A stretch of DNA of 64,000 nucleotides from Actinomycetota bacterium (GTDB lineage Bacteria; Actinomycetota; Acidimicrobiia; Acidimicrobiales; JAJPHE01): positions 10,202 to 74,201 of the forward strand of contig JAJPHE010000160.1 of the NCBI GenBank assembly GCA_021325435.1, given 5' to 3'. Each line of letters starts with the position of its first letter. The stretch's first letter is position 1. Positions 42,479 to 54,862 of this stretch are shown piece after piece. The notes beneath the pieces were generated by a model. It did not search any database. It saw nothing but the letters and a program-made list of their open reading frames with translations, and was not told the DNA's origin. The translations under genes were made by a program, and so were the position numbers.

Positions 42479-45400
42479 ATGACCCTCAAGCAGCTGCCGC
42501 CTCTCCTCCGCCACGACCCGGCCCTGGTGGCGGTGGCGGGGGCTTCCAGCGCCGTGCTGGCCGTGCCCGAGCCCGCCCGGGCGATCACCGTGGCCGGCTT
42601 GTGTCATCTGTCGGACCGCCGCCCCATCGTGGTGGCGGTGCCCACCCACGCCGACGCCGATCGGCTGGTCGCCGACCTCGAGGCCTTCCTCGGGCCGGAA
42701 CGGGTCGACCCCTTCCCGGCGTGGGAGACCCTCCCCTTCGAGCGGGTGAGCCCCGGGGTGGAGACCATGGGTCGTCGGCTGCGGGCCATCTGGCATCTCC
42801 GGCGGCGGGCGGCGGGCGACGACGCCGGTCCTTCGGTCATGGTCGCCACCGTTAAGTCACTGCTGCAGCGGCTCGGCCCCGGCGCCACCCGGTCCGAGCC
42901 GCTGGTCGTGCGGGCCGGCGAGCAGCTCGACCCGGAGGAGCTGGTGACCCGACTGGTCACCATGGGCTACCGGCGCGAGTACCAGGTCGAGCACCGGGGC
43001 GAGGTGGCCGTCCGCGGCGGCATCGTCGACGTGTTCCCCTCGACCGACGACGGCCCCGTCCGCATCGACCTGTGGGGTGACGAGGTCGATCGGCTCACCG
43101 ACTTCGACGTGTTCGACCAGCGCTCCACGGCCGAGCGCGAGCAGGTCGAGGTGTTCGCCTGCCGCGAGGTGCTGCCGACCGACACCGTGCGGCGGCGGGC
43201 GGGCTCCCTCATCGGAGCCCAGCCGTGGGCCCGGGACCAGTGGGAGCGGCTCTCCGAGGGGCTGTTCTTCGACGGGATGGAGTCGTGGCTTCCGTGGCTG
43301 GCCGAAGACGACGCGGTGCTGACCGACCTGCTCGGCCCCGAGGCCCAGGTCGTCCTGGTCGATCCCCGGCGGATGCGCGACCGGGCCGCCGAGGTCCTCG
43401 ACGAGGAGGCGGCGCTGGCCGCGACCCTCGCCCAGACGTGGGGGGCGCCGGCCAACGAGGAGTTCCCCCGCCTTCATGTTCCCTTCGAGCGGCTCCTCGA
43501 GCGCACCGACTCCGGCGTGCTGTCGGTCACGTCGGTGGCCGAGGGCCCCGACACGCCAGCCGTGGACGCCCGGGGCTGGGACCCGGTGATCGGCGACCCC
43601 GCCCGGCTGGCCCGCAACATCGGGTCGCTGGCCCGCGACGGCCACCGCGTGGTCATCTGCGCCGACGGCGAGGGGAGCGCCGCCCGCATCGCGTCGTCGC
43701 TGCGCGAGGAGGGCCTCGTCGTGGCCTCCGCCCAGCCCGACGAGCTTCCGGCCCCCGGCATCACCGTCGCCGTGCAGCCCCTCGAACGGGGCTGTGTCCT
43801 CGCCGCCGCCAAGCTGGCCGTGCTGGCCGAGTCCGACGTGACCGGCCGGCGCCGGCCGCACCGGCGGCCCCGCCCCCGGGCCCGGGCCGGCGAGGGCTTC
43901 TTCGACGATCTCAAGGTGGGCGACTACGTGGTCCACCACCACCACGGCGTCGCCCGTTACGGCGGGATGGTGAAGCGGGCCATCGGCGGCTCCGAGCGCG
44001 ACTACCTCCTGCTCGACTACCGCGGTGGCGACAAGCTGTACGTGCCGTCCGACCAGATCGACGCCGTCACTCCCTACACCGGCGGTGAGACGCCGAGCCT
44101 CAACCGGCTGGGGGGCTCCGACTGGCAGCGCACCCGCTCCAAAGTCCGGGCCGCCGTGCGCGAGATCGCCCAGGAGCTCGTCGTCCTCTACCGGCGGAGG
44201 GTCACCTCCACCGGCCACGCCTTTCCGCCGGACACTCCCTGGCAGGCCGAGATGGAGAGCGCCTTCCCCTTCACCGAGACGCCCGACCAGGCCAAGGCGA
44301 TCACCGACGTCAAGGCGGACATGGAGCAGGCCGTGCCCATGGACCGCCTTCTCTGCGGGGACGTCGGGTTCGGCAAGACCGAGGTCGCCATCCGCGCCGT
44401 GTTCAAGGCGGTGCAGGACGGCAAGCAGGCGGCGGTGCTCGTGCCCACCACCCTCCTGGCCCAGCAGCACTACCAGACGTTCTCCGAACGGTTCGCCGGC
44501 TACCCCGTGCGCGTCGAGGTGCTGTCGCGTTTCCTCACCGCCGGCCAGGCCAAGCAGGTGGCCGAGGGACTGGCGACGGGCGCCGTCGACGTGGTCATCG
44601 GCACCCACCGGCTCCTCTCCGGTGACATCCGCTTCCACGATCTCGGCCTGCTCGTGGTCGACGAAGAGCAGCGCTTCGGTGTGACCCACAAGGAGGCGAT
44701 CAAGGCCCTGCGGACCGACGTCGACGTGTTGACGCTCACGGCCACGCCGATACCGCGCACTCTCGAGATGAGCCTGACGGGCATCCGCGACCTCACCCTG
44801 CTCAACACGCCGCCGGCCGAGCGCCAGCCGATCCTCACCTTCGTGGGCGAATACGACGAGCGAGCCGTGTCGGAGTCGATCCGGCGCGAGCTGCTGCGCG
44901 AGGGTCAGGTGTTCTTCGTGCACAATCGCGTCGCCGACATCGAGCAGGTCGCCGCCCGGGTCCGCCAGCTGGTTCCGGAGGCCAGGGTGGCTGTGGCCCA
45001 CGGGCAGTTGGACGAGGGCAGCCTCGAGCGGGTGGTGCTCGACTTCTGGGACGGCGCCTACGACGTCCTGGTATGCACCACGATCATCGAGTCCGGCATC
45101 GACATGCCTACCGTCAACACCTTGGTGGTCGACCGGGCCGACGCTCTCGGCCTCGGGCAGCTGCACCAGCTGCGCGGCCGGGTGGGACGGGCCGGGCAGC
45201 GGGCCTACGCCTACCTCTTCTACCCGCCCGAGCGGGTCCTGTCTGAGGAGGCCTACGAGCGCCTGCGCACCATCGGCGAGCACACCGAGCTCGGGTCGGG
45301 GTTCAAGATCGCCATGCGCGACCTCGAGATCCGCGGCGCCGGCAACCTCCTCGGCCAGGACCAGTCGGGGCACATCGCCGCCGTGGGCTACGACCTGTAC

Positions 45401-45901
45401 GTGCGGATGGTGAGCGAAGCGGTGGCCGAGCTGAAGGGGGAGGAGATCCGGCCTCCGGCCGAGATCAAGCTCGACCTGCCTATCGAAGCCCACCTCCCCA
45501 CCGACTACGTCGGACGCGAGGACCTGCGCCTGGAGGCCTACCGCCGGCTGGCCAACATCACCGACCCGGCCGAGGTGGACGACATCGCCGCCGAGTGGCA
45601 GGACCGCTTCGGTCCCCTGCCCGAGCCGGCCCGGGCCCTCCTGCGCGTCGGCCGCCTGCGGGCCGAGTGCGTCCGCACCGGGGTCACCGAGGTGACGGTG
45701 GTGCGGGGCCGCCCGGGGAGCCCCCCGACCGCCCGGCTGGCGCCGGTCAGTCTCAAGGTGAGCGAGAAGCTGCGCCTCCAGCGCCTCGCCCCCAAGTCGG
45801 TGGTGAAGGAGGACCAGTCGCTGGTGGTCGTCCCCCTGGGACCCAAGGCCGACCCGGCCGAGGCCCTGACCGAACTGCTCACCGAGCTGATCCCCGCGTA
45901 G
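42479..45901 (+). CDS. mfd: transcription-repair coupling factor
   Basis: 1140 aa with RNAP-interaction/CarD-like region (GDYVVHHHHGVARYGGM), DEAD/DEAH helicase motifs (GDVGFGKTEVA, VVDEEQRFGV, TLTATPIPRT) and a TRCF C-terminal domain. Confidence 0.95.
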   Translation: MTLKQLPPLLRHDPALVAVAGASSAVLAVPEPARAITVAGLCHLSDRRPIVVAVPTHADADRLVADLEAFLGPERVDPFPAWETLPFERVSPGVETMGRRLRAIWHLRRRAAGDDAGPSVMVATVKSLLQRLGPGATRSEPLVVRAGEQLDPEELVTRLVTMGYRREYQVEHRGEVAVRGGIVDVFPSTDDGPVRIDLWGDEVDRLTDFDVFDQRSTAEREQVEVFACREVLPTDTVRRRAGSLIGAQPWARDQWERLSEGLFFDGMESWLPWLAEDDAVLTDLLGPEAQVVLVDPRRMRDRAAEVLDEEAALAATLAQTWGAPANEEFPRLHVPFERLLERTDSGVLSVTSVAEGPDTPAVDARGWDPVIGDPARLARNIGSLARDGHRVVICADGEGSAARIASSLREEGLVVASAQPDELPAPGITVAVQPLERGCVLAAAKLAVLAESDVTGRRRPHRRPRPRARAGEGFFDDLKVGDYVVHHHHGVARYGGMVKRAIGGSERDYLLLDYRGGDKLYVPSDQIDAVTPYTGGETPSLNRLGGSDWQRTRSKVRAAVREIAQELVVLYRRRVTSTGHAFPPDTPWQAEMESAFPFTETPDQAKAITDVKADMEQAVPMDRLLCGDVGFGKTEVAIRAVFKAVQDGKQAAVLVPTTLLAQQHYQTFSERFAGYPVRVEVLSRFLTAGQAKQVAEGLATGAVDVVIGTHRLLSGDIRFHDLGLLVVDEEQRFGVTHKEAIKALRTDVDVLTLTATPIPRTLEMSLTGIRDLTLLNTPPAERQPILTFVGEYDERAVSESIRRELLREGQVFFVHNRVADIEQVAARVRQLVPEARVAVAHGQLDEGSLERVVLDFWDGAYDVLVCTTIIESGIDMPTVNTLVVDRADALGLGQLHQLRGRVGRAGQRAYAYLFYPPERVLSEEAYERLRTIGEHTELGSGFKIAMRDLEIRGAGNLLGQDQSGHIAAVGYDLYVRMVSEAVAELKGEEIRPPAEIKLDLPIEAHLPTDYVGREDLRLEAYRRLANITDPAEVDDIAAEWQDRFGPLPEPARALLRVGRLRAECVRTGVTEVTVVRGRPGSPPTARLAPVSLKVSEKLRLQRLAPKSVVKEDQSLVVVPLGPKADPAEALTELLTELIPA

Positions 45902-45915
45902 AGTCTCGACCCACC

Positions 45916-46992
45916 GTGAGGAAAGCCCTGTTTCTTGGCGCGGCTGCCGTCGGGTTGTCCCTGACCGCCGCCGCCTGCAACCCCATCGAGCCCTACGCCG
46001 CCCTAGTGAACGGGCAGGCCATCACCCAGACCGCCCTGAACCAGGAACTCGAAGCGGTCCGGTCCAGCCCCCAGGTGATGCAGACCCTCGCCCAGAACCA
46101 GCTGGCCGTCACCGGGGCCGGACAGGAGACGTTCAGCTCCGACTTCGCCGCCCAGGTGCTCCGGGGCGAGATCTTCTACGCCCTCATCCACCAGGAGGTC
46201 GTCCGCCGCCGCCTGACCGTCACCGGCGCCGACCTGGCCTCGGCCCGCCAGGACGCGGCGGCCGAGTTCGGCAGCCCCGGAGAGTTCCAGTCGCTCCCCG
46301 GCTACTACCAGGACGTCCTCGTCCACCGCTCGGCCGACGCCAACGCCCTGGCCGCCGCCATCGGCCGGGTCCATCTCGGCGCCGCCGCCATCGCCGCCTA
46401 CTACGCCGCCCACCGTGCCGAGTACGTGGAGGCGTGCGTGCAGCACATCCTGGTGGCGACCCAGGCCGAGGCCGCCCAGGTGAAGGCGGACCTGGCGGCG
46501 GGGAAGCCCTTCGACCAGGAGGCGGCGGCCAAGTCGACCGACACCGGCTCGGCGGCCAACGGCGGCCGGCTCGGCTGTGGCCCGGCCAACCAGTACGTGG
46601 CGCCGTTCGCCCACGCGGTGGAGACCCTGCCGGTCGGCGTGGTGAGCGATCCGGTGCAGAGCCAGTTCGGCTGGCACATCATCGAGGTGACGGCCCGGAC
46701 CCAGCAGCCGCTTTCCGCCGTCGAAAGCCAGATCCGCCAGCAGCTGCTGTCGAACGCCTCACAGTCGCTCAACGGCTTCCTCCAGCAGGCGTCGGCCCGG
46801 GCCGACATCGTGGTCAACGCCCGCTACGGGACCTGGGTCCGCTCCGGGCCGAACGGCCCCGGGGTTCAGCCCCCTCAGGCTCCGAACGTCCGCTCCGACG
46901 GCCCCGGCTCCGGGGGTCAGTCGTCGGGTCCGTCCGGCGGGCCCTCGGGCCCACCGGGTCCGTCAGGTCCGTCGGGTCCGTCGGGCCCGTGA
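45916..46992 (+). CDS. lipoprotein peptidyl-prolyl isomerase (SurA/PrsA-like, parvulin domain) with a Gly-Pro-Ser repeat tail
   Basis: Lipobox LSLTAAAC. Parvulin core VQHILVATQAEA...FGWHIIEV. Tail GPSGGPSGPPGPSGPSGPSGP. Start is GTG 45916. Confidence 0.75.
   Translation: MRKALFLGAAAVGLSLTAAACNPIEPYAALVNGQAITQTALNQELEAVRSSPQVMQTLAQNQLAVTGAGQETFSSDFAAQVLRGEIFYALIHQEVVRRRLTVTGADLASARQDAAAEFGSPGEFQSLPGYYQDVLVHRSADANALAAAIGRVHLGAAAIAAYYAAHRAEYVEACVQHILVATQAEAAQVKADLAAGKPFDQEAAAKSTDTGSAANGGRLGCGPANQYVAPFAHAVETLPVGVVSDPVQSQFGWHIIEVTARTQQPLSAVESQIRQQLLSNASQSLNGFLQQASARADIVVNARYGTWVRSGPNGPGVQPPQAPNVRSDGPGSGGQSSGPSGGPSGPPGPSGPSGPSGP
46957..46992 (+). repeat. 9-nt tandem repeat x4 (ggtccgtca/ggtccgtcg/ggtccgtcg/ggcccgtga)
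   Basis: Read directly. It encodes (GPS)n at the PPIase 3' end. The last unit contains both its stop and the GTG start of the next gene. Confidence 0.6.
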
Positions 46993-48509
46993 CCGCCGTG
47001 GTCGTCGCCGTGGGGCTCGGCCCGGCCGGGCCTGAGCTGCTGACGGCGGCGGCGAGGGCGGCCATCGAGGAGATCCCCCGGCGCTACCTGCGCACCGCCC
47101 GGCATCCCTCGGCCGTCGCCGTGCCCGACGCCACCAGCTTCGACGACCTCTACGACCGGGCCGAGACGTTCCCCGAGGTGTACGGGGCCATCGTCGACGC
47201 CCTGGCCGCCGCGGCCGCCGAGCACGGCCGGGTCCTCTACGCCGTGCCCGGCTCTCCCCGGGTGGCGGAGGCCACGGTCGCCGCCCTCCAGGAAGATCCC
47301 CGCGTCGAGCTCGAGGTGGTGCCGGGCCTGTCCTTCCTGGACCTGGTCTGGGACCGGCTCGGGGTCGACCCGGTCACCGCCGGCGCCCGCCTGGTCGACG
47401 GGGGCGCCTTTGCCGTCGACGCCGCCGGCGAGCGGGGCCCGTTGGTGGTCGGGCAGTGCTGGTCGCGCCAGGTCCTCTCCGACATCAAGCTGGCGGTGAC
47501 CGACGAGGCCCCCGAGTCGGCGGTGATCCTCCACCACCTCGGGCTGCCCGACGAGGTGGTGCGCTCGGTCGCGTGGGAGGACATCGACCGCAGCGTCGAG
47601 GCCGACCACCTGACGACGTTGTGGGTGCCGAGACTGGCCGCCCCCGTCGGGGTCGAGATGCTCCGCCTCGCCGAGCTGGTCAGGGCCCTGCGCCAGCGCT
47701 GCCCGTGGGACCGGGCCCAGACCCACCAAAGCCTGACCCGCCACCTGCTCGAGGAGTCCTACGAGGTGCTCGAGGCGATCGAGGCGCTCGAGCGACCGGA
47801 CGGCTCCACCGATCCCGACGCCTTCTCCCATCTGGAGGAGGAGCTGGGTGACCTGCTGTTCCAGGTCTACTTCCACGCCACCCTCGCCTCCGAGGAGGGC
47901 CACTTCGACCTCTCCGACGTCGCCCGCGGCATCCACGACAAGCTCGTGGTCCGCCACCCCCACGTCTTCGGCGACGTGAAGGTCGACACGCCCGACCAGG
48001 TGATGAGCAACTGGGAGCGGATCAAGCGCGACGAGAAGGGCCGGTCCAGCCTGATGGACGGGATTCCCGCCCACCTGCCGGCGCTCCATTACGCCAACAA
48101 GGTGCAGCGCAAGGCGGCCTCGGTGGGCTTCGACTGGCCGTCGGTCGACGGCCCCCTGGCCAAGGTGGCCGAGGAGGCCGACGAGGTTCGCGCCGAGATC
48201 ACCGCCGGCGGCGACGCGGCCGGCCCGGCGGCGACCGCCTCGGCCCGGCTCACCCATGAGGTCGGTGATCTCCTCTTCGCGGTGGTGAACGTGGCCCGGC
48301 ACGTGGGGGTGGACCCAGAAGCCGCCCTGCGCGCGTCGACGTCGGTGTTCCGATCCCGCTTCGCCGAAGTCGAGCGGCTGGCCGCCGAGCGCGGCATCGA
48401 CGTGCACGGCGCCGGAATCGAGGTGCTCGACGGATTGTGGGACGAGGCCAAGGAGGCCGAGGGAGCCGTCGCGCCTCGGGAGGAGAAGAAGGCCGACAAC
48501 CGACAATGA
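46989..48509 (+). CDS. mazG: tetrapyrrole-methylase-like domain fused to MazG nucleoside triphosphate pyrophosphohydrolase (YabN-type architecture)
   Basis: N-terminal VVVAVGLGPAGPELLT...LYAVPGSPRVAE (TP_methylase-like). C-terminal tandem MazG modules (CPWDRAQTHQSL..HLLEESYEVLEAI..EELGDLLFQV; KVAEEADEV...EVGDLLFAVVNVARH). Confidence 0.85.
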   Translation: MTAVVVAVGLGPAGPELLTAAARAAIEEIPRRYLRTARHPSAVAVPDATSFDDLYDRAETFPEVYGAIVDALAAAAAEHGRVLYAVPGSPRVAEATVAALQEDPRVELEVVPGLSFLDLVWDRLGVDPVTAGARLVDGGAFAVDAAGERGPLVVGQCWSRQVLSDIKLAVTDEAPESAVILHHLGLPDEVVRSVAWEDIDRSVEADHLTTLWVPRLAAPVGVEMLRLAELVRALRQRCPWDRAQTHQSLTRHLLEESYEVLEAIEALERPDGSTDPDAFSHLEEELGDLLFQVYFHATLASEEGHFDLSDVARGIHDKLVVRHPHVFGDVKVDTPDQVMSNWERIKRDEKGRSSLMDGIPAHLPALHYANKVQRKAASVGFDWPSVDGPLAKVAEEADEVRAEITAGGDAAGPAATASARLTHEVGDLLFAVVNVARHVGVDPEAALRASTSVFRSRFAEVERLAAERGIDVHGAGIEVLDGLWDEAKEAEGAVAPREEKKADNRQ

Positions 48510-50251
<1,742 letters not shown>

Positions 50252-50362
50252 GGACCGAACCGCCCGACCCGAGCCGCTGAAGGGTCGTGGGGGGGCGCCG
50301 GACCGCGCTCGACTACCCTCCGACCGAAGCCGCCGCCAGCGCACAAGACCGGGAGTCGACCC

Positions 50363-52666
50363 ATGAGCATCCTCGGTAACCGGGTGTTGAGGAAGGAGGA
50401 CCCCAAGTTCCTCACCGTCGGCGGCAGCTACGTCGACGACCTGCCGCTCGAGGGAGCCGTGCACGTGGTGTACGCCCGCTCGACGATGGCCCACGCCCGC
50501 ATCGGGGGGGTCGACAAGTCCGAGGCGGAGGCGGCTCCGGGGGTCCTGGCCGTCTACACCGCGGCCGACATCGACCTCGCCCCGATCCCGAACGGTGCCC
50601 CCTTCGGGAACCCGGCCATGACCCGACCGTGGCTGGCCGACGGCGTCGTGCGCTACGTCGGTGAACCGGTCGCCGCCGTGGTCGCCCAGACCCGGGCCCA
50701 GGCGGTGGACGCGGCCGAGATGGTCATCGTCGACTACGACCCGCTACCGGCGGTCGTGGATCCGGAGGCCGCCCTGCGTGACGAGACCCTGCTCTTCCCG
50801 GAGGCCGGCACCAACCTGGTGATGACCTTTCCCGACGCCCTGGCCGGCATCATGCTTCCGGCGGAGGCGGCCGACCAGGACGAGGGGATCTTCGACGACT
50901 GCGAGGTGGTGGTCGCCCGGCGCATCGTCAACCAGCGGGTGGCCCCTTGTCCGCTCGAGGTCCGGGCCGGCGCCGCTTCGTGGACGGAAGGGCGACTGAC
51001 GCAGTGGGCCACGACCCAGGCCCCCCACGGTGTGCGCGACACGCTGGCCCAGTCCCTCGGCGTCGACCCGACCGCGGTCCGGGTGGTCTCGCCCGACGTG
51101 GGAGGCGGCTTCGGCGCCAAGATCGGCGCCTACCCCGAGGAGCTCTTCCTGGCGTGGATATCGCGCGCCCTGGGGCGTCCCACCCGCTGGGTGGAGACTC
51201 GCAGCGAGAGCATGACGAACCTCGGGCACGGCCGGGCCCAGGTCCAGGACGTGCGCATCGGCGGGACGAGGGACGGTCGGATCCTCGCCTACCGGCTTGA
51301 CGTGATTCAGGACTCCGGGGCCTACCCGGCCATCGGTGCGTTCCTGCCCATGTTCACCCGCACCATGCTCACCGGCGTCTACGACGTACCCAAGGTGTAC
51401 TTCAAGGCCCGTTCGGTGGCCACCAACACCACCCCCACCGTCGCCTACCGGGGGGCGGGCCGCCCCGAGGCGACCGCCGCCATCGAGCGGGCCATCGACC
51501 TGTTCGCGGCGGAGATAGGCATGGACCCCGCCGACGTGCGCCGCCGCAACCTGGTCGGCAAGGACCGCTTCCCGTTCACCACCCCAACCGGCACCGTCTA
51601 CGACGTCGGGGACTACGAGCGGGCCCTCGATCTCGTGCTCGAGGCGGCCGACTACAAGTCTCTGCGCAAAGAGCAGGCCCGGCGGCGCCAGTCGGGCGAC
51701 GCGTCACAGCTCGGCATCGGGCTTTCGGTGTACGTCGAGATCACCAACGGCCTGCCCGGATCCGAGTTCGGGTCCGTCCAGGTCCGTCCGGATGGGAAGG
51801 TGACGGTGCGCACCGGCACCTCGCCGCACGGGCAGGGCCACGTCACGTCGTGGGCGATGCTGGTCTCCGAGCAGCTCGGCGTGGCGGTAGACGACATCGA
51901 GGTGGTCCACGGCGACACCGACGTCGTTCCCCGCGGTGTCGGCACCTATGGGTCGCGCTCGCTGCAGACCGGCGGGGTGGCGGTCAACCAGGCCGCCGGG
52001 CAGGTGGTGGAGAAAGCCCGTCAGCTCGCCGCCGACCTGCTCGAAGCCAGCCCCGACGACGTCGTGCTCGACAAGGCCGGGGGACGCTTCCACGTGGCCG
52101 GCACCCCGGCGGTGGGAAGGACGTGGTCCGAGCTGGCCCAGGCGGCCGGGGAAGGCGGCCTGTCCGCCGAGACCGACTTCACCGCCCCCGGGCCCACGTT
52201 CCCCTTCGGAGCCCACGTGGTGGTGGCCGAGGTGGACACCGAGACCGGCCGGGTGAGGATCTCGCGGGTGGTGGCGGTGGACGACGCCGGGCGGATCCTC
52301 AACCCGTTGCTGGCCGAGGGCCAGATCCACGGCGGGATCGCCCAGGGGGTCGCCCAGGCCCTCATGGAGGAGGTCGTCTACGACGAGGACGGCAACCCGG
52401 TCACCTCCAACCTGGCCGACTACGAGTTCGTGTCGGCCGCCGAGCTGCCCGCCTTCGAGACGATCCATATGGAGACGCCGACGCCGCTCAACGAGCTCGG
52501 TGCCAAGGGGATCGGCGAGTCGGGGACGATCGGTTCCACGCCCGCCGTCCAGAACGCGGTGGTCGACGCCCTGGCTCACCTCGGCGTCCGCCACGTACCG
52601 ATGCCGGCCACCCCCGAGCGGGTGTGGCGGGCCATCGCCGAGTCCCGCGCAGGAGGGAACAGTTGA
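50363..52666 (+). CDS. molybdopterin-binding large subunit of a xanthine dehydrogenase/aerobic CO dehydrogenase family enzyme (form II CoxL-like)
   Basis: 767 aa. N-terminal [16 protein letters not shown]. The active-site loop reads [12 protein letters not shown] (AYRGAGR rather than the AYxCSFR of bona fide CO dehydrogenases). C-terminal [18 protein letters not shown]. Confidence 0.9.
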   Translation: MSILGNRVLRKEDPKFLTVGGSYVDDLPLEGAVHVVYARSTMAHARIGGVDKSEAEAAPGVLAVYTAADIDLAPIPNGAPFGNPAMTRPWLADGVVRYVGEPVAAVVAQTRAQAVDAAEMVIVDYDPLPAVVDPEAALRDETLLFPEAGTNLVMTFPDALAGIMLPAEAADQDEGIFDDCEVVVARRIVNQRVAPCPLEVRAGAASWTEGRLTQWATTQAPHGVRDTLAQSLGVDPTAVRVVSPDVGGGFGAKIGAYPEELFLAWISRALGRPTRWVETRSESMTNLGHGRAQVQDVRIGGTRDGRILAYRLDVIQDSGAYPAIGAFLPMFTRTMLTGVYDVPKVYFKARSVATNTTPTVAYRGAGRPEATAAIERAIDLFAAEIGMDPADVRRRNLVGKDRFPFTTPTGTVYDVGDYERALDLVLEAADYKSLRKEQARRRQSGDASQLGIGLSVYVEITNGLPGSEFGSVQVRPDGKVTVRTGTSPHGQGHVTSWAMLVSEQLGVAVDDIEVVHGDTDVVPRGVGTYGSRSLQTGGVAVNQAAGQVVEKARQLAADLLEASPDDVVLDKAGGRFHVAGTPAVGRTWSELAQAAGEGGLSAETDFTAPGPTFPFGAHVVVAEVDTETGRVRISRVVAVDDAGRILNPLLAEGQIHGGIAQGVAQALMEEVVYDEDGNPVTSNLADYEFVSAAELPAFETIHMETPTPLNELGAKGIGESGTIGSTPAVQNAVVDALAHLGVRHVPMPATPERVWRAIAESRAGGNS

Positions 52667-52674
52667 AGGTATCC

Positions 52675-53136
52675 ATGACGATCAACGGCAGGTCGGTCGA
52701 CGCGGACGTCGAGCCGCGGACCCTGCTCGTCCACTTCATCCGAAACGACGTCGGTCTCACCGGCACCAACGTCGGGTGCGACACGACCAACTGCGGGGCG
52801 TGCACGATCCTGATGGACGGCGAGTCGGTGAAGTCGTGCACCGTCCTCGCCGTCCAAGCCGACGGAGCCAGCATCACCACCATCGAGGGGCTCGCCGAGC
52901 CCGACGGACCGATGCACCCCATGCAGGAGGCCTTTCGCGAGAACCACGCCTTGCAGTGTGGCTACTGCACCCCGGGGATGGTGATGGCGGCGGTGTCGCT
53001 GCTGCAGGAGAACCCCAGCCCGACCGAGGCCGAGGTGCGCGAAGGCCTCGAGGGGAACCTCTGTCGCTGCACCGGCTACCACAACATCGTCAAGGCGGTG
53101 CTGGCGGCGGCGTCGGCCCCCGGGGGGCCGAAGTGA
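52675..53136 (+). CDS. [2Fe-2S] small subunit (CoxS-like)
   Basis: [16 protein letters not shown] and [11 protein letters not shown]...[11 protein letters not shown]. An alternative TTG 52663 start would form a TTGA overlap with the large-subunit stop. Confidence 0.9.
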   Translation: MTINGRSVDADVEPRTLLVHFIRNDVGLTGTNVGCDTTNCGACTILMDGESVKSCTVLAVQADGASITTIEGLAEPDGPMHPMQEAFRENHALQCGYCTPGMVMAAVSLLQENPSPTEAEVREGLEGNLCRCTGYHNIVKAVLAAASAPGGPK

Positions 53137-53954
53137 TCCCCGCCGCCTTCGAGTACGCCCGGGCCGGATCGGTCGACGAGGCCATCTCGCTTCTCTCCGA
53201 GCACGGCGAGGACGCCAAGGTCCTGGCCGGCGGCCACTCGCTGTTGCCGCTGATGAAGCTGCGCCTCGCCACGCCGTCGGCGCTCATCGACGTGGGCCGC
53301 CTGCAGGAGCTGTCGTACGTGCGCGACGCCGGCGACCGCATCGCCATCGGGGCCCTCACCCGCCACCGCGATCTGCAGGTGTCCGACGAGTTGGCCCGGT
53401 CGGCGCCGATCGTCTCCCACGTCGCCGGTCTGGTGGGCGACCCCCAGGTCCGCCACCGGGGGACCATCGGCGGGTCGGTGGCCCACGGCGACCCCGCCTC
53501 GGACCTGCCGGCCGTGGTGCTCGCCCTCGACGGCGAGCTGGTCATCCGGGGCCCGGCGGGGGAGCGGGTGGTGCCGGCGTCGGAGTTCTTCCACGGCTTC
53601 CTCGAGACCGCCATCGGCCCGGACGAGCTTCTCGTCGAGATCCGCCTGCGCAAGACGCAGGGGGGCTGGTCGTACCAGAAGTTCAACCGGCGGGCCCAGG
53701 ATTGGGCCACCGTCGGGGTGGCGGTGGCCCGGACCGACGGCACCCCCGCCGTTGCTCTCGTGAACATGGGTGCCACGCCGCTGCGGGCGGCCGCCGTTGA
53801 GTCCGCCCTCGCCGCTGGTGCCAGCCCGGCGGAGGCGGCCGAGTCGGCGGCCGAGGGCGCCGACCCGTCGAGCGACATCCAGGCGTCGGCCGAGTTCCGC
53901 CGCCACCTGGCCCGGGTGCTGGTGCGGCGGGGCCTCGAGGAGGCGGGCGTCTGA
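53133..53954 (+). CDS. FAD-binding medium subunit (CoxM-like)
   Basis: [10 protein letters not shown]...[17 protein letters not shown] and [22 protein letters not shown] overlap with the small subunit. Confidence 0.9.
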   Translation: MIPAAFEYARAGSVDEAISLLSEHGEDAKVLAGGHSLLPLMKLRLATPSALIDVGRLQELSYVRDAGDRIAIGALTRHRDLQVSDELARSAPIVSHVAGLVGDPQVRHRGTIGGSVAHGDPASDLPAVVLALDGELVIRGPAGERVVPASEFFHGFLETAIGPDELLVEIRLRKTQGGWSYQKFNRRAQDWATVGVAVARTDGTPAVALVNMGATPLRAAAVESALAAGASPAEAAESAAEGADPSSDIQASAEFRRHLARVLVRRGLEEAGV

Positions 53955-54862
53955 CCGCCTCCCCTGACGAGGTCCGCTCCGCCCTCGCCGCCCACGGCTA
54001 CCTAGCCGACGAGGGGTTGGCCACCGCCGTCTTCCTCGCCCTCACCCTCCGCCGGCCGCTGCTGCTCGAGGGCGAGGCCGGTGTGGGCAAGACCGAGGTG
54101 GCCAAGGTGCTCGCCCGCTGGACGGGCGGGGAGCTGCTGCGCCTCCAGTGCTACTAGGGGATCGACGTCACCCAGGCGGTCTACGAGTGGGACTACTCCC
54201 GCCAGCTGCTGCACCTGCGGGCCGCCGAGCTGCGGGGGGCGGGAGCCGAGATGGCCGCGGCGGTGGAGGACGAGCTGTTCTCCGAGCGCTTCCTCGTCCG
54301 CCGTCCCCTGCTGCAGGCCATCGCCGGCAACGGCGATGCCAAGGTCGCCCCACCGGTGCTGCTGATCGACGAGGTGGACCGGGCCGACGACGAGTTCGAG
54401 GCGTTCCTGCTCGAGATCCTCTCCGACTACGCCGTCACCGTGCCCGAGCTCGGCACCTTCCGGGCCGACACGCCCCCCGTCGTGGTGCTGACCTCCAACC
54501 GCACCCGCGACGTCCACGACGCCCTCAAGCGGCGGTGCCTCTACCACTGGGTCGAGCATCCGGACTTCGAGCGGGAGGTCGCCATCGTGCGGCTGCGGGC
54601 CCCGGAGGTGGGGGAGCGGCTGGCCCGCCAGGTGGCGGCCGCCGTGCAGGCCATGCGGGCGATGGGCCTGTACAAGCCCCCGGGAGTGGCCGAGACCATC
54701 GACTGGGCCCAGGCCCTCGCCGCCCTGGGCCGAACCGACCTCGACGAGTCCACTATCGAGGTGACCCTCGGCACCGTGCTCAAGTACCGCGAGGACGCCG
54801 AGCGGGTGGGGGCCGGCGGCCTCGGACCGCTGGTCGCCGAGGCAGTCGCCCGTGGCGTCTGA
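53951..54862 (+). pseudogene. MoxR-type AAA+ ATPase (CoxD-like) interrupted by an in-frame TAG at 54155-54157
   Basis: One reading frame gives ...RPLLLEGEAGVGKTEVAKVLARWTGGELLRLQCY-TAG-GIDVTQAVYEWDYSRQLL...VLLIDEVDRADDEFEAFLLEILSDY...VLTSNRTR. Walker A lies upstream of the stop and Walker B and sensor motifs downstream. The only N-terminal start is CTG 53951 (CTGA overlap, GGAGG 7 nt upstream). Confidence 0.75.

Noticed and set aside
42857-45493. 878-aa minus-strand ORF
   Set aside because: It lies entirely antisense to mfd, which is unambiguous. The product is low-complexity and rich in Gly, Val, Asp and His, with no recognisable domain.
54155-54157. TAG as a recoded codon (pyrrolysine or programmed read-through)
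   Set aside because: TAG serves as a normal terminator for several genes in the window. No pyl genes or read-through context are evident. A point mutation or base-call error is simpler.
54251-54253. ATG 54251 as the true start of a shorter MoxR protein
   Set aside because: The upstream in-frame sequence encodes the Walker A region (GEAGVGKT) and continues seamlessly apart from one TAG. A P-loop-less AAA+ protein is implausible.
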